A DNA stretch of 64,000 bases from Acidobacteriota bacterium. Lineage in GTDB: Bacteria; Acidobacteriota; UBA890; WLXD01. The first letter of the stretch is position 1. Each line of letters begins with the position of its first letter. Below are positions 27,970-38,742 of the stretch, piece by piece. Made by a program: the position numbers and the translations under genes. The DNA is taken from the NCBI GenBank assembly GCA_965248695.1, contig CBDFKD010000002.1, positions 5,056,001 through 5,120,000 on the forward strand, in the 5' to 3' direction. The notes beneath the pieces are model-generated. The model saw only the letters and a program-made list of their open reading frames with translations, was not told the origin of the DNA and did no database searches.

Positions 27970-29160
27970 TCAGCGCTCTTCGACGTGCGGCTCGGGGCCG
28001 CGCTGCGGTGTGAACAGCCTCACCATGCCGTTGGCCTCCACCGCTGCGACGCCGCCGGGCCCGACTCCGACCGGAAAGCTGAGGTCGCCATGAGCGGTCA
28101 GCAGGACGGTTCGTGGCAGGCCGGGATCCGCCGGCCCGCTGGAGCGTAGCGGACCGCGCACCAGAGTCCAGGGTCCCGCCTGCGGGCTGGCGATCACCCA
28201 GCGCCCCCAGACCGCGAGGTCGGCATAAGTGCGGCCGGCAAGTGGCACTCGGTGCCTGTGGCTGCCGCCGCCGATGGCGTAGCCATGTAGGGCACCGTCG
28301 AGCCCAGCGACCCATACGAGGTCATCATTTGCTGCCGGGGCACCGGTGACCCGCACGCCAATCTCCTTGCTCCGCCAACGGCGCCGGCCGTTCTCGGCGT
28401 TGAGCGCAACGACCCGATAGTCCTTTGCGATTACGAACAACGTGCCGGCGATGGTGGCCGGCCGTGGGCCGCTGGCCTCGACGCCATCGCTGCTCCACAG
28501 CAAATGGCCATCGCGTATGCCGAGGGCGTGGACGCGGCCTCCCGCGTCGACGACGAAGAGTCGCTCGTCCGGTGGACTCGCGGTCAGCACCTGCGCTCCT
28601 TCCAGGTCGCGCTGCCATACCTGGGTGATGGTCGCGTTGGTGCCCTCTCCGCTGAGGCGCAGCGCGTAGACGCCGTCAGCGTCGGTCACGTACAAACGCC
28701 GGCCAATGACGGCGGTATCCAGCGGAGCGGTGTCGAAGTCGAATGCGGTCTTGGTGCGTCCTAGGGCGTCGAGCCACAGCCAGCGCTCCGGGGTTGCGAT
28801 GACCACGTCATCGTCGATGGCGATGGGCGGTCGGATGATCTCGGACGCCATGCGCAAGTGCCACAGCAACACGCCGTTGTCACGATTGCGGGCCAGCATC
28901 TGGGTGCCATAGACAATGAACACCGCCCTGGAGCCCAGGGCAGGTGCGCGTGTCGGCGGATCGGGCTCGTCGTCCCCGTCCACATCGAGCTCGAACTCGA
29001 GGTTCCAGTGCTCACGGAGAGCGACAGGCTCTACGTCCTCCGGCGCCACCCGGAGCGGAATTGGCGCCAGTGGGTCGACCATCCCTCCTCCTCCGCACCC
29101 GATCGAAAGGACGGCGAGGTACACGCAGGCCAGGCGACAGCATGACCGTAGGGAGCTCAT
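27970..29160 (-). CDS. PQQ-like/BamB-like beta-propeller lipoprotein
   Basis: Lipobox LSIGC. Repeated AL...G...W blades. Confidence 0.75.
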   Translation of the reverse strand: MSSLRSCCRLACVYLAVLSIGCGGGGMVDPLAPIPLRVAPEDVEPVALREHWNLEFELDVDGDDEPDPPTRAPALGSRAVFIVYGTQMLARNRDNGVLLWHLRMASEIIRPPIAIDDDVVIATPERWLWLDALGRTKTAFDFDTAPLDTAVIGRRLYVTDADGVYALRLSGEGTNATITQVWQRDLEGAQVLTASPPDERLFVVDAGGRVHALGIRDGHLLWSSDGVEASGPRPATIAGTLFVIAKDYRVVALNAENGRRRWRSKEIGVRVTGAPAANDDLVWVAGLDGALHGYAIGGGSHRHRVPLAGRTYADLAVWGRWVIASPQAGPWTLVRGPLRSSGPADPGLPRTVLLTAHGDLSFPVGVGPGGVAAVEANGMVRLFTPQRGPEPHVEER

Positions 29161-30047
29161 CGCGAGCCCCACTGGAGCTTGGTGCGCAGAATATCGAAGT
29201 ACGACCGCGGCACCGGCTGCAACAGTCGCACTGCGCGAGGGGATCTGCGGATGGTCACCGTCTCACCGGGCTGCAACTTGAAACCGGCCTGTCCGTCCAG
29301 AGTCAAGATGACTTCTTGGTCGCGCGATTCATGGCGGATCTGGATCACCGCATCGCCTGGCAAGACCAGCGGACGATTGGTCAGGGTGTGCGGGCAGATC
29401 GGTGTCAGCACGATCGCGTCGACCTCGGGCATGACGATGGGCCCGCCGGCGGCCAGCGAGTAGGCGGTGGATCCCGTCGTCGTGCAGATGATCAATCCGT
29501 CTGATGCGAAGGAGCTCACCAGATCGTCGTTCACCGTGGCGGTGAGCTCGACGATACGGGCCAGATCGGTCTTGTTGATCACCGCATCGTTGAGTACGTC
29601 GTGCCGGACGATCTCGGAACGAGCAGCGCCGCCGAGCTCGGCACGAAGCATGCTGCGCTCGCTGCAGACGTAGTTGCCGTCAAGCACGCTCTCGGTGGCG
29701 CCGATAAGCTCATCACGTGGCGTCGAGGTGAGAAACCCGAGGCCGCCATAGTTGACCCCCAGCACCGGGACGTCAGCCGCCGCGGCGAAACGGGCGATCG
29801 ACAGCAGCGTGCCGTCGCCGCCGAGCACCACCAGCAGGTCGACCTGTCTGGCGAGATCCGGTCGCTCGACACCGACACTGTCGCTTCCCAGCAGGCTCGC
29901 AGCTTCGACGTCGAGCGTGACCTCCACATTGCGTGCGCTGAGGGCCGCGATCAAGTCACGAAGCTCGGGCGCCAGGCTGCGCTTGCGCGGCTTCGAGACG
30001 ATCCCGACGCGACGGAAACGTGTCGTGCCAACGGCGCCCTCAGTCAT
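29157..30047 (-). CDS. nadK: NAD+ kinase
   Basis: LGGDGTLL, GVN.GGLGFL, LND, DG....T.TGSTAYSLAAGGP, PICPH.L..RP. Confidence 0.96.
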   Translation of the reverse strand: MTEGAVGTTRFRRVGIVSKPRKRSLAPELRDLIAALSARNVEVTLDVEAASLLGSDSVGVERPDLARQVDLLVVLGGDGTLLSIARFAAAADVPVLGVNYGGLGFLTSTPRDELIGATESVLDGNYVCSERSMLRAELGGAARSEIVRHDVLNDAVINKTDLARIVELTATVNDDLVSSFASDGLIICTTTGSTAYSLAAGGPIVMPEVDAIVLTPICPHTLTNRPLVLPGDAVIQIRHESRDQEVILTLDGQAGFKLQPGETVTIRRSPRAVRLLQPVPRSYFDILRTKLQWGSR

Positions 30048-30846
30048 CCGGTACGTCCAACTCGTCGAGCCAGGCGGTCGAGCCAGCGATTGTATTCGCG
30101 TTACGGCCGAAATGGAGGAAGCACTCCCAGTTGCCCCGCGGCCCCCGTAGAGGGCTTGGATAGGCGCGACGAACCTGCCAAGCGAATTCCGCGGCGCCGT
30201 TACCGACGTCCTCGACGGCACGCCGGCGTGTTTGTGCAGAGCGCACGACGCCGCCCCGCTCTACCTTCTGCGGACCGGCCTCGAACTGCGGTTTCACCAA
30301 CACAAGCGCCTCGCAACGGTGGCCACAGACTCGGCTTGCTGCCGGCAGTAGCTTGAGCACACCGATAAAGGATACGTCGATCGTCAGCACGGTGATCGCC
30401 GCGGGGAGGCCCGGGGGCAAGGATTCTGTAGTCAGATGGCGGGCATTGCAGCGTTCCAGCACGTGGACGCGTGGATCTTGCCGGAGCTTCCATGCGAGCT
30501 GGCCGTAACCGACGTCGACCGCAACGACTGCTTCGGCGCCGTGCTGTAGCAGGCAATCAGTGAAGCCCCCGGTCGACGCTCCGAGGTCCAGACAGGTAGC
30601 CTCTGCGACGTCGATCCCGGAGGCGGCCAGAACGGGGGCCAGCTTGTCGCCGCCCCGACTCGCATAGCGTGGCCGTTCGGCAACTTCCAGATCGGCACCT
30701 GGCTTGATCTGCGTCCCGGGCTTGTGAACAGGGTGACCGTTGACGCGGACGTGCCCCGCGAGAACGAGTCTCCGGGCAAGGCTGCGGCTGGTTACCAGGC
30801 CGTGGTCGACGAGCGCCTGATCGAGACGGAGCGGGGAGTTAGCCAC
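30040..30846 (-). CDS. tlyA: TlyA-family rRNA 2'-O-methyltransferase
   Basis: S4 RLD..LV, YASRGGDKL, DLGASTGGFTD, DVSFI, LVKPQFE, GN.E. Confidence 0.95.
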   Translation of the reverse strand: MANSPLRLDQALVDHGLVTSRSLARRLVLAGHVRVNGHPVHKPGTQIKPGADLEVAERPRYASRGGDKLAPVLAASGIDVAEATCLDLGASTGGFTDCLLQHGAEAVVAVDVGYGQLAWKLRQDPRVHVLERCNARHLTTESLPPGLPAAITVLTIDVSFIGVLKLLPAASRVCGHRCEALVLVKPQFEAGPQKVERGGVVRSAQTRRRAVEDVGNGAAEFAWQVRRAYPSPLRGPRGNWECFLHFGRNANTIAGSTAWLDELDVPDD

Positions 30847-30847
30847 T

Positions 30848-31765
30848 CTAGCTACTGCGGTCGACAATCAGTCGAGCCATGCAGCGCAGCGCGTCAGCGT
30901 CGGGCCCGAACGGCTCCACTGCCTCGAGCGATATGTCGCGCAGACGAGCAGCCTCGCTGCGCGCCGCATCCACTCCGATCAGCGCCGGGAATGTCGGCTG
31001 GCCGCGGGCCGCATCGCCTCCCGGGCGCTTTCCGAGCTGGTCGACATCGCCTTCGACATCGAGCAGATCGTCCACTACCTGAAAGGCGAGCCCACTGGCG
31101 TCACCGTAGCGCTTGAGTGCCTCGCACTCGGTCTCGCTGGCGCCAGCGATCAGCCCGCCGCAGATCACTGTCGCGGTGAGCAGCGCTCCGGTCTTGGCGG
31201 CGTGGAGACGCCGCAGCGCAGGGAGCTCGATAGGCTCGCCGGTGGCCTCGAGATCGAGGGTCTGTCCGCCGCACATACCGATGCTGCCGGCGGCGGCACT
31301 GAGTCGCCGGGCCGCGGCTATCCAGCCACCAGGGTTCGGTGCGGAGCTGGCGGCAGTCGCCAGAGTCTCGAAGGCGAGCGCTTGCAGGGCGTCTCCTGCG
31401 AGGATCGCCACAGCGTCTCCGAAGAGCACGTGCGACGTCGGCTGGCCGCGTCGGAGCTCCTCGTTGTCGAAGGCCGGCAAGTCGTCGTGTATGAGGGAGT
31501 ACGTGTGGATCATCTCGGCGGCGCAAGCGGCCGACAGTACGTGCGCGGAAGCGACGCCGCAGGCACGTCCGGCGGCGATGGTCAGCAGCGGGCGTAGCCG
31601 TTTCCCTCCCGCGAATACGGAATGACGCATGGCGCGGTGCAGACTCTGGGGCTCGTGGTCGGCGGCCGGCAGGAGCCGCTCGAGCTCTTCATCGACGCCG
31701 GCGCGCTCCCGATCCAGAAACTGCAGCAAGTCGAAGTTGTTTCGGCCGGTCTCGGGCTCAGCCAT
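30848..31765 (-). CDS. ispA: farnesyl-diphosphate synthase / polyprenyl synthetase
   Basis: GGKRLRP, YSLIHDDLP..D....RRG, GQ..D, KTGAL, FQVVDDLLD. Confidence 0.95.
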   Translation of the reverse strand: MAEPETGRNNFDLLQFLDRERAGVDEELERLLPAADHEPQSLHRAMRHSVFAGGKRLRPLLTIAAGRACGVASAHVLSAACAAEMIHTYSLIHDDLPAFDNEELRRGQPTSHVLFGDAVAILAGDALQALAFETLATAASSAPNPGGWIAAARRLSAAAGSIGMCGGQTLDLEATGEPIELPALRRLHAAKTGALLTATVICGGLIAGASETECEALKRYGDASGLAFQVVDDLLDVEGDVDQLGKRPGGDAARGQPTFPALIGVDAARSEAARLRDISLEAVEPFGPDADALRCMARLIVDRSS

Positions 31766-32042
31766 CACCGCTTTCCGAGGCCGCCTGGTCGCCGGTCTCG
31801 GCGGGTGGCTCCATCGGTGCTGTGAGCGGCTCCCCTTCGAGATCTCGAGTCAACAGCTCGAGCTTCGCTTCCACGCCGGCCAGCCGGTCACGACAGGCAC
31901 GGAACAGGCCCACTGCGCGCTCGTATACCTCGAGGGATTGCTCGAGCGGGATATCACCCTCCTCGAGCTCACGCGCTAGCACCTCCAGCTGATCGAGGGC
32001 GGCGTCGAAGCTCAGGTCGTCGGCGGCAGCTTCGTCGGACAT
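31758..32042 (-). CDS. xseB: exodeoxyribonuclease VII small subunit
   Basis: SFDAAL..LE.....LE.G.I.LE.SL..YE. Follows xseA. Confidence 0.95.
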   Translation of the reverse strand: MSDEAAADDLSFDAALDQLEVLARELEEGDIPLEQSLEVYERAVGLFRACRDRLAGVEAKLELLTRDLEGEPLTAPMEPPAETGDQAASESGDG

Positions 32043-32084
32043 GATCAGGACACTAACATCGGCTCAGAACGCCAACAAACATCG

Positions 32085-33475
<1,391 letters not shown>

Positions 33476-33479
<4 letters not shown>

Positions 33480-34270
33480 GACGAGCTTTGCAGTGGGGGA
33501 TCGATGATCTGCCGGATGCTGATGGCGCGGCCCGTTTCGGGATCGGCCTCCACCAGGGCGCCGGCGACGCAGCGGTTGCCGCTGGCCACCTGGAACCGAA
33601 CCGGCCGTGCGTGCAACAGCCTCTCGATCGCCAAATCCGGGCGCGTGCCGATCACCGAGTCATACGGCCCCGTCATGCCGACGTCGGTGCAGAAGGCGGT
33701 GCCGCCGGGAAGCACGCGGGCATCGGCAGTCGGCACGTGCGTGTGGGTGCCCAGCACAGCCGTGACGCGTCCATCGCAGTACCAGCCCATCGCCAGCTTC
33801 TCGGACGTCGCTTCAGCGTGCATGTCGAGCAAGATGACGCGGGCACGGTCGCCGATCTCCTCCAGGATCCGATCGATCGCCCGAAAGGGACAGTCGAGCG
33901 CCGGCATGAATACTCTGCCTTGAAGGTTGATCACGGCCACCTCGACTCCCCGGCGACTGCGCCCCAGAAGCACGCCGCTGCCAGCAGCGGGATCAGGGTA
34001 GTTGTCGGGGCGCAGCAGGCGCGTTTCGGTGCGGAGGTAGCTGTCGATCGAGCCCTGCGCCCAGATGTGATTGCCGCTCGTGATCGCATCGACACCGAGG
34101 CCGAGAATCTCGTCGGCCATCGCCGGCGTGATACCCCGACCACCGGCCGAGTTCTCACCGTTGACCACGGTGAAGTCCACGTCCCACTGGCGCTGCAACG
34201 GACCCAGTCGTTCGGCCAGCACCTGGCGTCCGGGCTTGCCGACCACGTCGCCCAGGAACAACAACTTCAA
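33476..34270 (-). CDS. ymdB: YmdB/TIGR00282 metallophosphoesterase
   Basis: GDVVGKPG, NGENSAGG.G, GNH.W, RP.NY, HAEATSEK, GTHTHV, TDVGMTG. Follows rny. Confidence 0.95.
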
Positions 34271-35838
34271 TGGGCGACCTCTACGGCTCGGGTCTCGCGG
34301 ATCACGGTGATCTTGATCTCGCCGGGATATTGCACTTCACGCTGGATGCGGTTGGCGATGTCGCGCGACAGCCAGATCGATTCGATGTCGCTGACCTTGG
34401 CGGATTCGACAATGATCCGCAGCTCACGTCCGGCCTGGATAGCGTAAGACTTGGCGACGCCGCGGAACGAATCGGCGATCTGCTCCAGCTTCTGGAGCCG
34501 TTTCACGTAGGTCTCGAGCATGTCCCGGCGAGCACCGGGACGGGCTGCGGACAGCGCATCCGCCGCCTGCACGATAACCGCCTCCACGGTGGCCGGCTCG
34601 ACGTCGAAATGGTGCGCCTCCATGGCGTGCACCACCGCCTTGGATTCACCATGCTTGCGCAGCAGGCGAATGCCGATCTGCAGATGCGTGCCCTCGACCT
34701 CCTGATCCACCGCCTTGCCGATGTCGTGCAGCAGCCCGCCGCGCCGGGCGACGGCGTCGTCGGCGCCCAGCTCGGCGGCGATAATCCCGGCGATCGTCGC
34801 CACCTCGACCGAATGGCGGAGGACGTTCTGCCCATAGGAGGTGCGGAACTTCAGCATGCCGAGCAGGCGAAGCAGCTCAGGGGCAAGATCATGCATCCCG
34901 AGCTCGGCCGTCGCGGCCGTTCCGTCGGCGACGATCTGCTCCTCGATCTCGTCGCGGACACGCTGCACGACCTCCTCGATCCGCGCCGGGTGGATTCGTC
35001 CGTCGGACACTAGCCTCTCGAGCGCCAGCTTGGCGATCTCCCGACGGAACGGGTCGAAGCTCGAGATCAGCACGGCTTCCGGGGTGTCGTCGACGATCAG
35101 GTTGACGCCCGTCATCATCTCGAAGGCGCGGATGTTACGGCCCTCACGCCCGATGACGCGCCCCTTCATGTCGTCCGACGGCAAGGCCACTACCGAGACC
35201 GTGTTCTCGGCAACGTGGTTGCTGGCGCACCGCTGAATGGCGATCGCCAGGACACGGTGCGCTTCACGATTGGCGTTGGTAGTCGACTGATCGATAATCT
35301 GAGCCGCCTGGAGTGCGCCTTCTTCCTTTGCGTCGCGCGCCATCGCCCGCACCAGCTGCGCCTTGGCATCTTCGCGGTTGTAATGCGCCGCGCGCTCGAG
35401 CTGCGTGACCGCTTCATCGCGACGTTGAGCGGCTTCCTCTCGCAAAAGGTTGACGTCGCGCTCCATACCGCGGAGCCGATCCTCGTAGTTTTTCAGCTTG
35501 CGCTCGCGCTCATCGATTCGGTTGGCTCGGCGATCGAGCGATTCCTGGCGCTCGTGCAGGCGGGTCTCCGAATCGAGCATCTGCTGACGGCGCTCGCGCG
35601 ATTCGGATTCGAGCCCCTGGCGCTCGAGCTGGAGCTGCTCACGCCCTTCTACGCGGGCCTCCTTCAGTATGGTGGTGACCTGACGTTCAGCCTCCTCGAG
35701 GATGCGGGCGGCCCCGCTCTTGGCGTCGCTGAGATCCTCGGGGCTGGCGCGGCGTCGCAGCAGAAAGGACCAGATAACGAGAGTGGCAACCGCTAATCCG
35801 GCTGCGGTGCCTGCACCTGCGATGAATCCCTGCAGCAT
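34267..35838 (-). CDS. rny: ribonuclease Y
   Basis: N-terminal TM, coiled coil, KH (KGRVIGREGRNIR), HD (LLHDIGK), SAARPGAR. Confidence 0.98.
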   Translation of the reverse strand: MLQGFIAGAGTAAGLAVATLVIWSFLLRRRASPEDLSDAKSGAARILEEAERQVTTILKEARVEGREQLQLERQGLESESRERRQQMLDSETRLHERQESLDRRANRIDERERKLKNYEDRLRGMERDVNLLREEAAQRRDEAVTQLERAAHYNREDAKAQLVRAMARDAKEEGALQAAQIIDQSTTNANREAHRVLAIAIQRCASNHVAENTVSVVALPSDDMKGRVIGREGRNIRAFEMMTGVNLIVDDTPEAVLISSFDPFRREIAKLALERLVSDGRIHPARIEEVVQRVRDEIEEQIVADGTAATAELGMHDLAPELLRLLGMLKFRTSYGQNVLRHSVEVATIAGIIAAELGADDAVARRGGLLHDIGKAVDQEVEGTHLQIGIRLLRKHGESKAVVHAMEAHHFDVEPATVEAVIVQAADALSAARPGARRDMLETYVKRLQKLEQIADSFRGVAKSYAIQAGRELRIIVESAKVSDIESIWLSRDIANRIQREVQYPGEIKITVIRETRAVEVAH

Positions 35839-36035
35839 GTCACCCTCTTCGGACTCCAGAGGTGACAGCGCGAGCTCATAAGCGGACTACAGGCGTTCGG
35901 GGCCTCGTGACAGCCGTATCGGGCGAACAGGCGAAGGGCGCGCCGTATTGGTAAGCGGAGGTTAGCCAGCGAGCGTGTGGTGCGCTTGCGCTCCTCCACA
36001 TATGCAGTCGTTATGGCGGGTTACCGTTCGTAGCC

Positions 36036-36344
36036 TCATTCGTCGAGTGGTCGTCCGAGTTCTGCGTTCACCGGTTTGAGAGCCTCGCCTAGTTCAAGCG
36101 CCAGGTCTCGCGTCCGTTCACTAACCTCGTTCTCGTGTTTCTCTAGAGCTCTGCGGGTTCGGTAGTAGTCGTCAGCGATGTTCAGCGCCGCCATGACGGC
36201 CACGCCGATGGCATCGCCGGGTCCGAGCTGCTCTTCCATCTGCCGCATGCGGCCATCGACGTAGCGAGCCAGGACCCGAATCGTGTTCGGATCGTGTTCG
36301 CCTCTTATGTTATAGCTGCGCCCGAGAATATCAACGGTGGTCAT
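36036..36344 (-). CDS. zapA: cell division protein ZapA
   Basis: V.ILGR.Y.I, LA.YVD..M, AVMAALNIADD. Confidence 0.92.
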   Translation of the reverse strand: MTTVDILGRSYNIRGEHDPNTIRVLARYVDGRMRQMEEQLGPGDAIGVAVMAALNIADDYYRTRRALEKHENEVSERTRDLALELGEALKPVNAELGRPLDE

Positions 36345-36657
36345 TTTGGTGTTCCTTCGGCTCGGCGCTGCCCAGATAGCCGAGTCGCGCCTGTAGGCTC
36401 AGAAGCCGAGATCTGATCGCTTCGCGCTCGCTTTCGAGCTGATGCAGCCGCTCGGCTGATTCCGCTGGCTGCGCCACGCCAACGTCTCCCGGTGGCTCTG
36501 CAGAAGCTCCGTCGCCTCTTGGGATCTGTCCCGCGAACCGTTTTTCGAGCTGCTCGATGCGGGCTTGGAGGGTCGATCGTTGTTCCCGCAGCGAGTGGAT
36601 CTCGGCCACGGCCGCGGCGATAGCTCGTTCGAGCGACGAGTAAGGATCCTCGGTCAT
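36331..36657 (-). CDS. coiled-coil protein, ZapB-like by position
   Basis: LE..I..AV..I..LR heptads and L..ERE.IR.RL. Lies between pheT and zapA. Confidence 0.6.
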   Translation of the reverse strand: MTEDPYSSLERAIAAAVAEIHSLREQRSTLQARIEQLEKRFAGQIPRGDGASAEPPGDVGVAQPAESAERLHQLESEREAIRSRLLSLQARLGYLGSAEPKEHQNDHR

Positions 36658-36696
36658 TGAGAGCTCCGTGTGCGACGGCTTCTCGCCGGTAACGGA

Positions 36697-38742
36697 TCAG
36701 CGCCGCGCTGCCCCGACGGTCCGTTCGAGATGATCGACGAGGTGCTCATGGGCAGCCTCGATCTCTTCTGCGGTGAGAGTGCGGTCGTCGGCGCGGTAGG
36801 TCAACCGCAGCGTCGTCGCCAATCTCCCGGCCGGCACATCGTCGCCGCGGTAACGGTCCAGCAAGCGCAGCCCGACCAACGGAATCTCGATCAACGTGGC
36901 GACCTCGTCCGCGATCCGCCCGAAGGCCAGCTGGTCGTCGATGAGGATGGTGACGTCACGCTCGCTTGCCGGGTAGCGGGGCAGGGGATCGATCGAGAAT
37001 CCTGCCGCCTCGTGAGTCAACAGCGTCTCTATGTCGAGCTCGGCGACCCAAACGGCGCCGTCGACACCGAGCAACGTCGCAACCTCGGGGTCGACCTTGC
37101 CGGCTATTCCGCTGGCCAGGGCACCGACGCGTATGCGAGCCGCCGAGCCGGCTTGCAATCCCGGCACGTCGTCGGCAGACCATTCGATCGACGGCCATCG
37201 CATGCGGGTGCGCACGGTCTCCAACGCCCCCTTCAGCTCGCCGAAGCCGGTAGGCTGCTCCGAGGTCATGAAGTGGGCCTCGTCGGCGCTTCCGCTCGCC
37301 ACCAGGGCCAAGGCGCGGCGTTCGCGCGGCGGCGCGCCCTTGACGGCGTGGAACGTCCGGCCGACCTCGAACAGCCGGACGCGCCGGGCACCTCGGTTGC
37401 GGTTGCGCGCCACGGCGTCCAGCAGGCCGGGCAACATGCTTGTCCGCATGACGCCCATGGCTTCGGAGATCGGATTGGTGAGTGCCAGCGGTGTCTCGCG
37501 GTCGAGGAACGGCGCCTGGTCCGCGCCGCTGGTGAACACGAAGGTCATCGCCTCCCAGTAGCCGGCGGCAGCGCAAATGTCCTTGACGCGGCGCTCGTTG
37601 CGAAGCGCGTCGCTGGGACCGCGGCTGTCACGACGTCGTAACAGCGGCAGGGTGGCAGGGAGCTGATCGTAGCCGTGAAAGCGGGCAATCTCCTCGATCA
37701 GGTCCTCCTCGCGCGCGACGTCGACCCGGCGTGCGGGCACCACGATCTCGTAGCCATCATCGAGTGCGCTCACACCGAACCCCAGCGCGCCCAGAATGGC
37801 GCTCACGCGCTCTGCTGGTACCTCGACTCCGAGGTAGCCGCGAAGGCGTCGGGCACTGAGAACCAGGCGCCGATCTTCCGGGAGCGAGCCGACGACGTCG
37901 ATGCTGTCGGTGCTCACGGTGGCGCCGCCGAGCTCAGCGATCAGGTAACAGGCCCGGTTCACCGCTGCCGCAATTCCCTGGGGTGACATATCGCGCTCGA
38001 AACGGTGACTGGCGTCGGTGTGCAGACCCAGGCGCCTGGACATCCGGCGCACCGTGACGGGGTTGAAGTAGGCGCATTCAAGCAGTACCCGCTCGGTGGA
38101 TTCCGTGACCCCGGTATCGATGCCTCCCATGACCCCGGCGAGGCCCACCGCCCGGTTCGGGTCGGCGATCACGAGGTCTTCGGGCGTGAGCTTGCGCTCG
38201 ACTTCGTCGAGTGTGACGACGTGTTCGCCGTCGCGTGCCCAGCGAACGATGAGCTGGCCTTCGGTGAGCTTGTCGAGGTCGTAGGCGTGCATCGGACGTC
38301 CGAGCTCCCACATCACGAAGTTGGTCACGTCTACGACGTTGTTGATCGGTCGCAGGCCGATCGACTCCAATCGCTTGCACATCCACTCCGGGGAGGGGCC
38401 CACGTGGACGTCGAACATCGCCCGGGCGACGAAGCGCGGACACGCGATCTGGTCGTCCACTCGTACCCCGGCCGCGGAGGTGGTCGGTTCGCCCGCAGCA
38501 GCGAACTCGTCGGCCGGCTGTCGCAGATCGGTTCGCAGCGCGATCGCCAGCTCGCGCGCCAGGCCGAAGTGGTTGAGCACGTCGGGGCGGTTGCTCGGCA
38601 GATCCAGGTCCAGGCTCAGGTCGTCGCCTTCGGCGCGGGCATCATCCACCACGAGTCCGAGCATCGAGAGCCGCTCGGACAGAGCTGCGGTGGCCTCTGG
38701 AAGGTTCGCGTAGTCAGCGATCCAATTGCGGGAAAAGCGCAT
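36697..38742 (-). CDS. pheT: phenylalanine--tRNA ligase beta subunit (short form, 681 aa)
   Basis: MRFS.NWI..Y, NRPD...G.ARE, INNVVDVTNFVM, DAS.RFER, R.D...E.DLIEEIAR, NPIS, RD, RTLT. Confidence 0.97.
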   Translation of the reverse strand: MRFSRNWIADYANLPEATAALSERLSMLGLVVDDARAEGDDLSLDLDLPSNRPDVLNHFGLARELAIALRTDLRQPADEFAAAGEPTTSAAGVRVDDQIACPRFVARAMFDVHVGPSPEWMCKRLESIGLRPINNVVDVTNFVMWELGRPMHAYDLDKLTEGQLIVRWARDGEHVVTLDEVERKLTPEDLVIADPNRAVGLAGVMGGIDTGVTESTERVLLECAYFNPVTVRRMSRRLGLHTDASHRFERDMSPQGIAAAVNRACYLIAELGGATVSTDSIDVVGSLPEDRRLVLSARRLRGYLGVEVPAERVSAILGALGFGVSALDDGYEIVVPARRVDVAREEDLIEEIARFHGYDQLPATLPLLRRRDSRGPSDALRNERRVKDICAAAGYWEAMTFVFTSGADQAPFLDRETPLALTNPISEAMGVMRTSMLPGLLDAVARNRNRGARRVRLFEVGRTFHAVKGAPPRERRALALVASGSADEAHFMTSEQPTGFGELKGALETVRTRMRWPSIEWSADDVPGLQAGSAARIRVGALASGIAGKVDPEVATLLGVDGAVWVAELDIETLLTHEAAGFSIDPLPRYPASERDVTILIDDQLAFGRIADEVATLIEIPLVGLRLLDRYRGDDVPAGRLATTLRLTYRADDRTLTAEEIEAAHEHLVDHLERTVGAARR

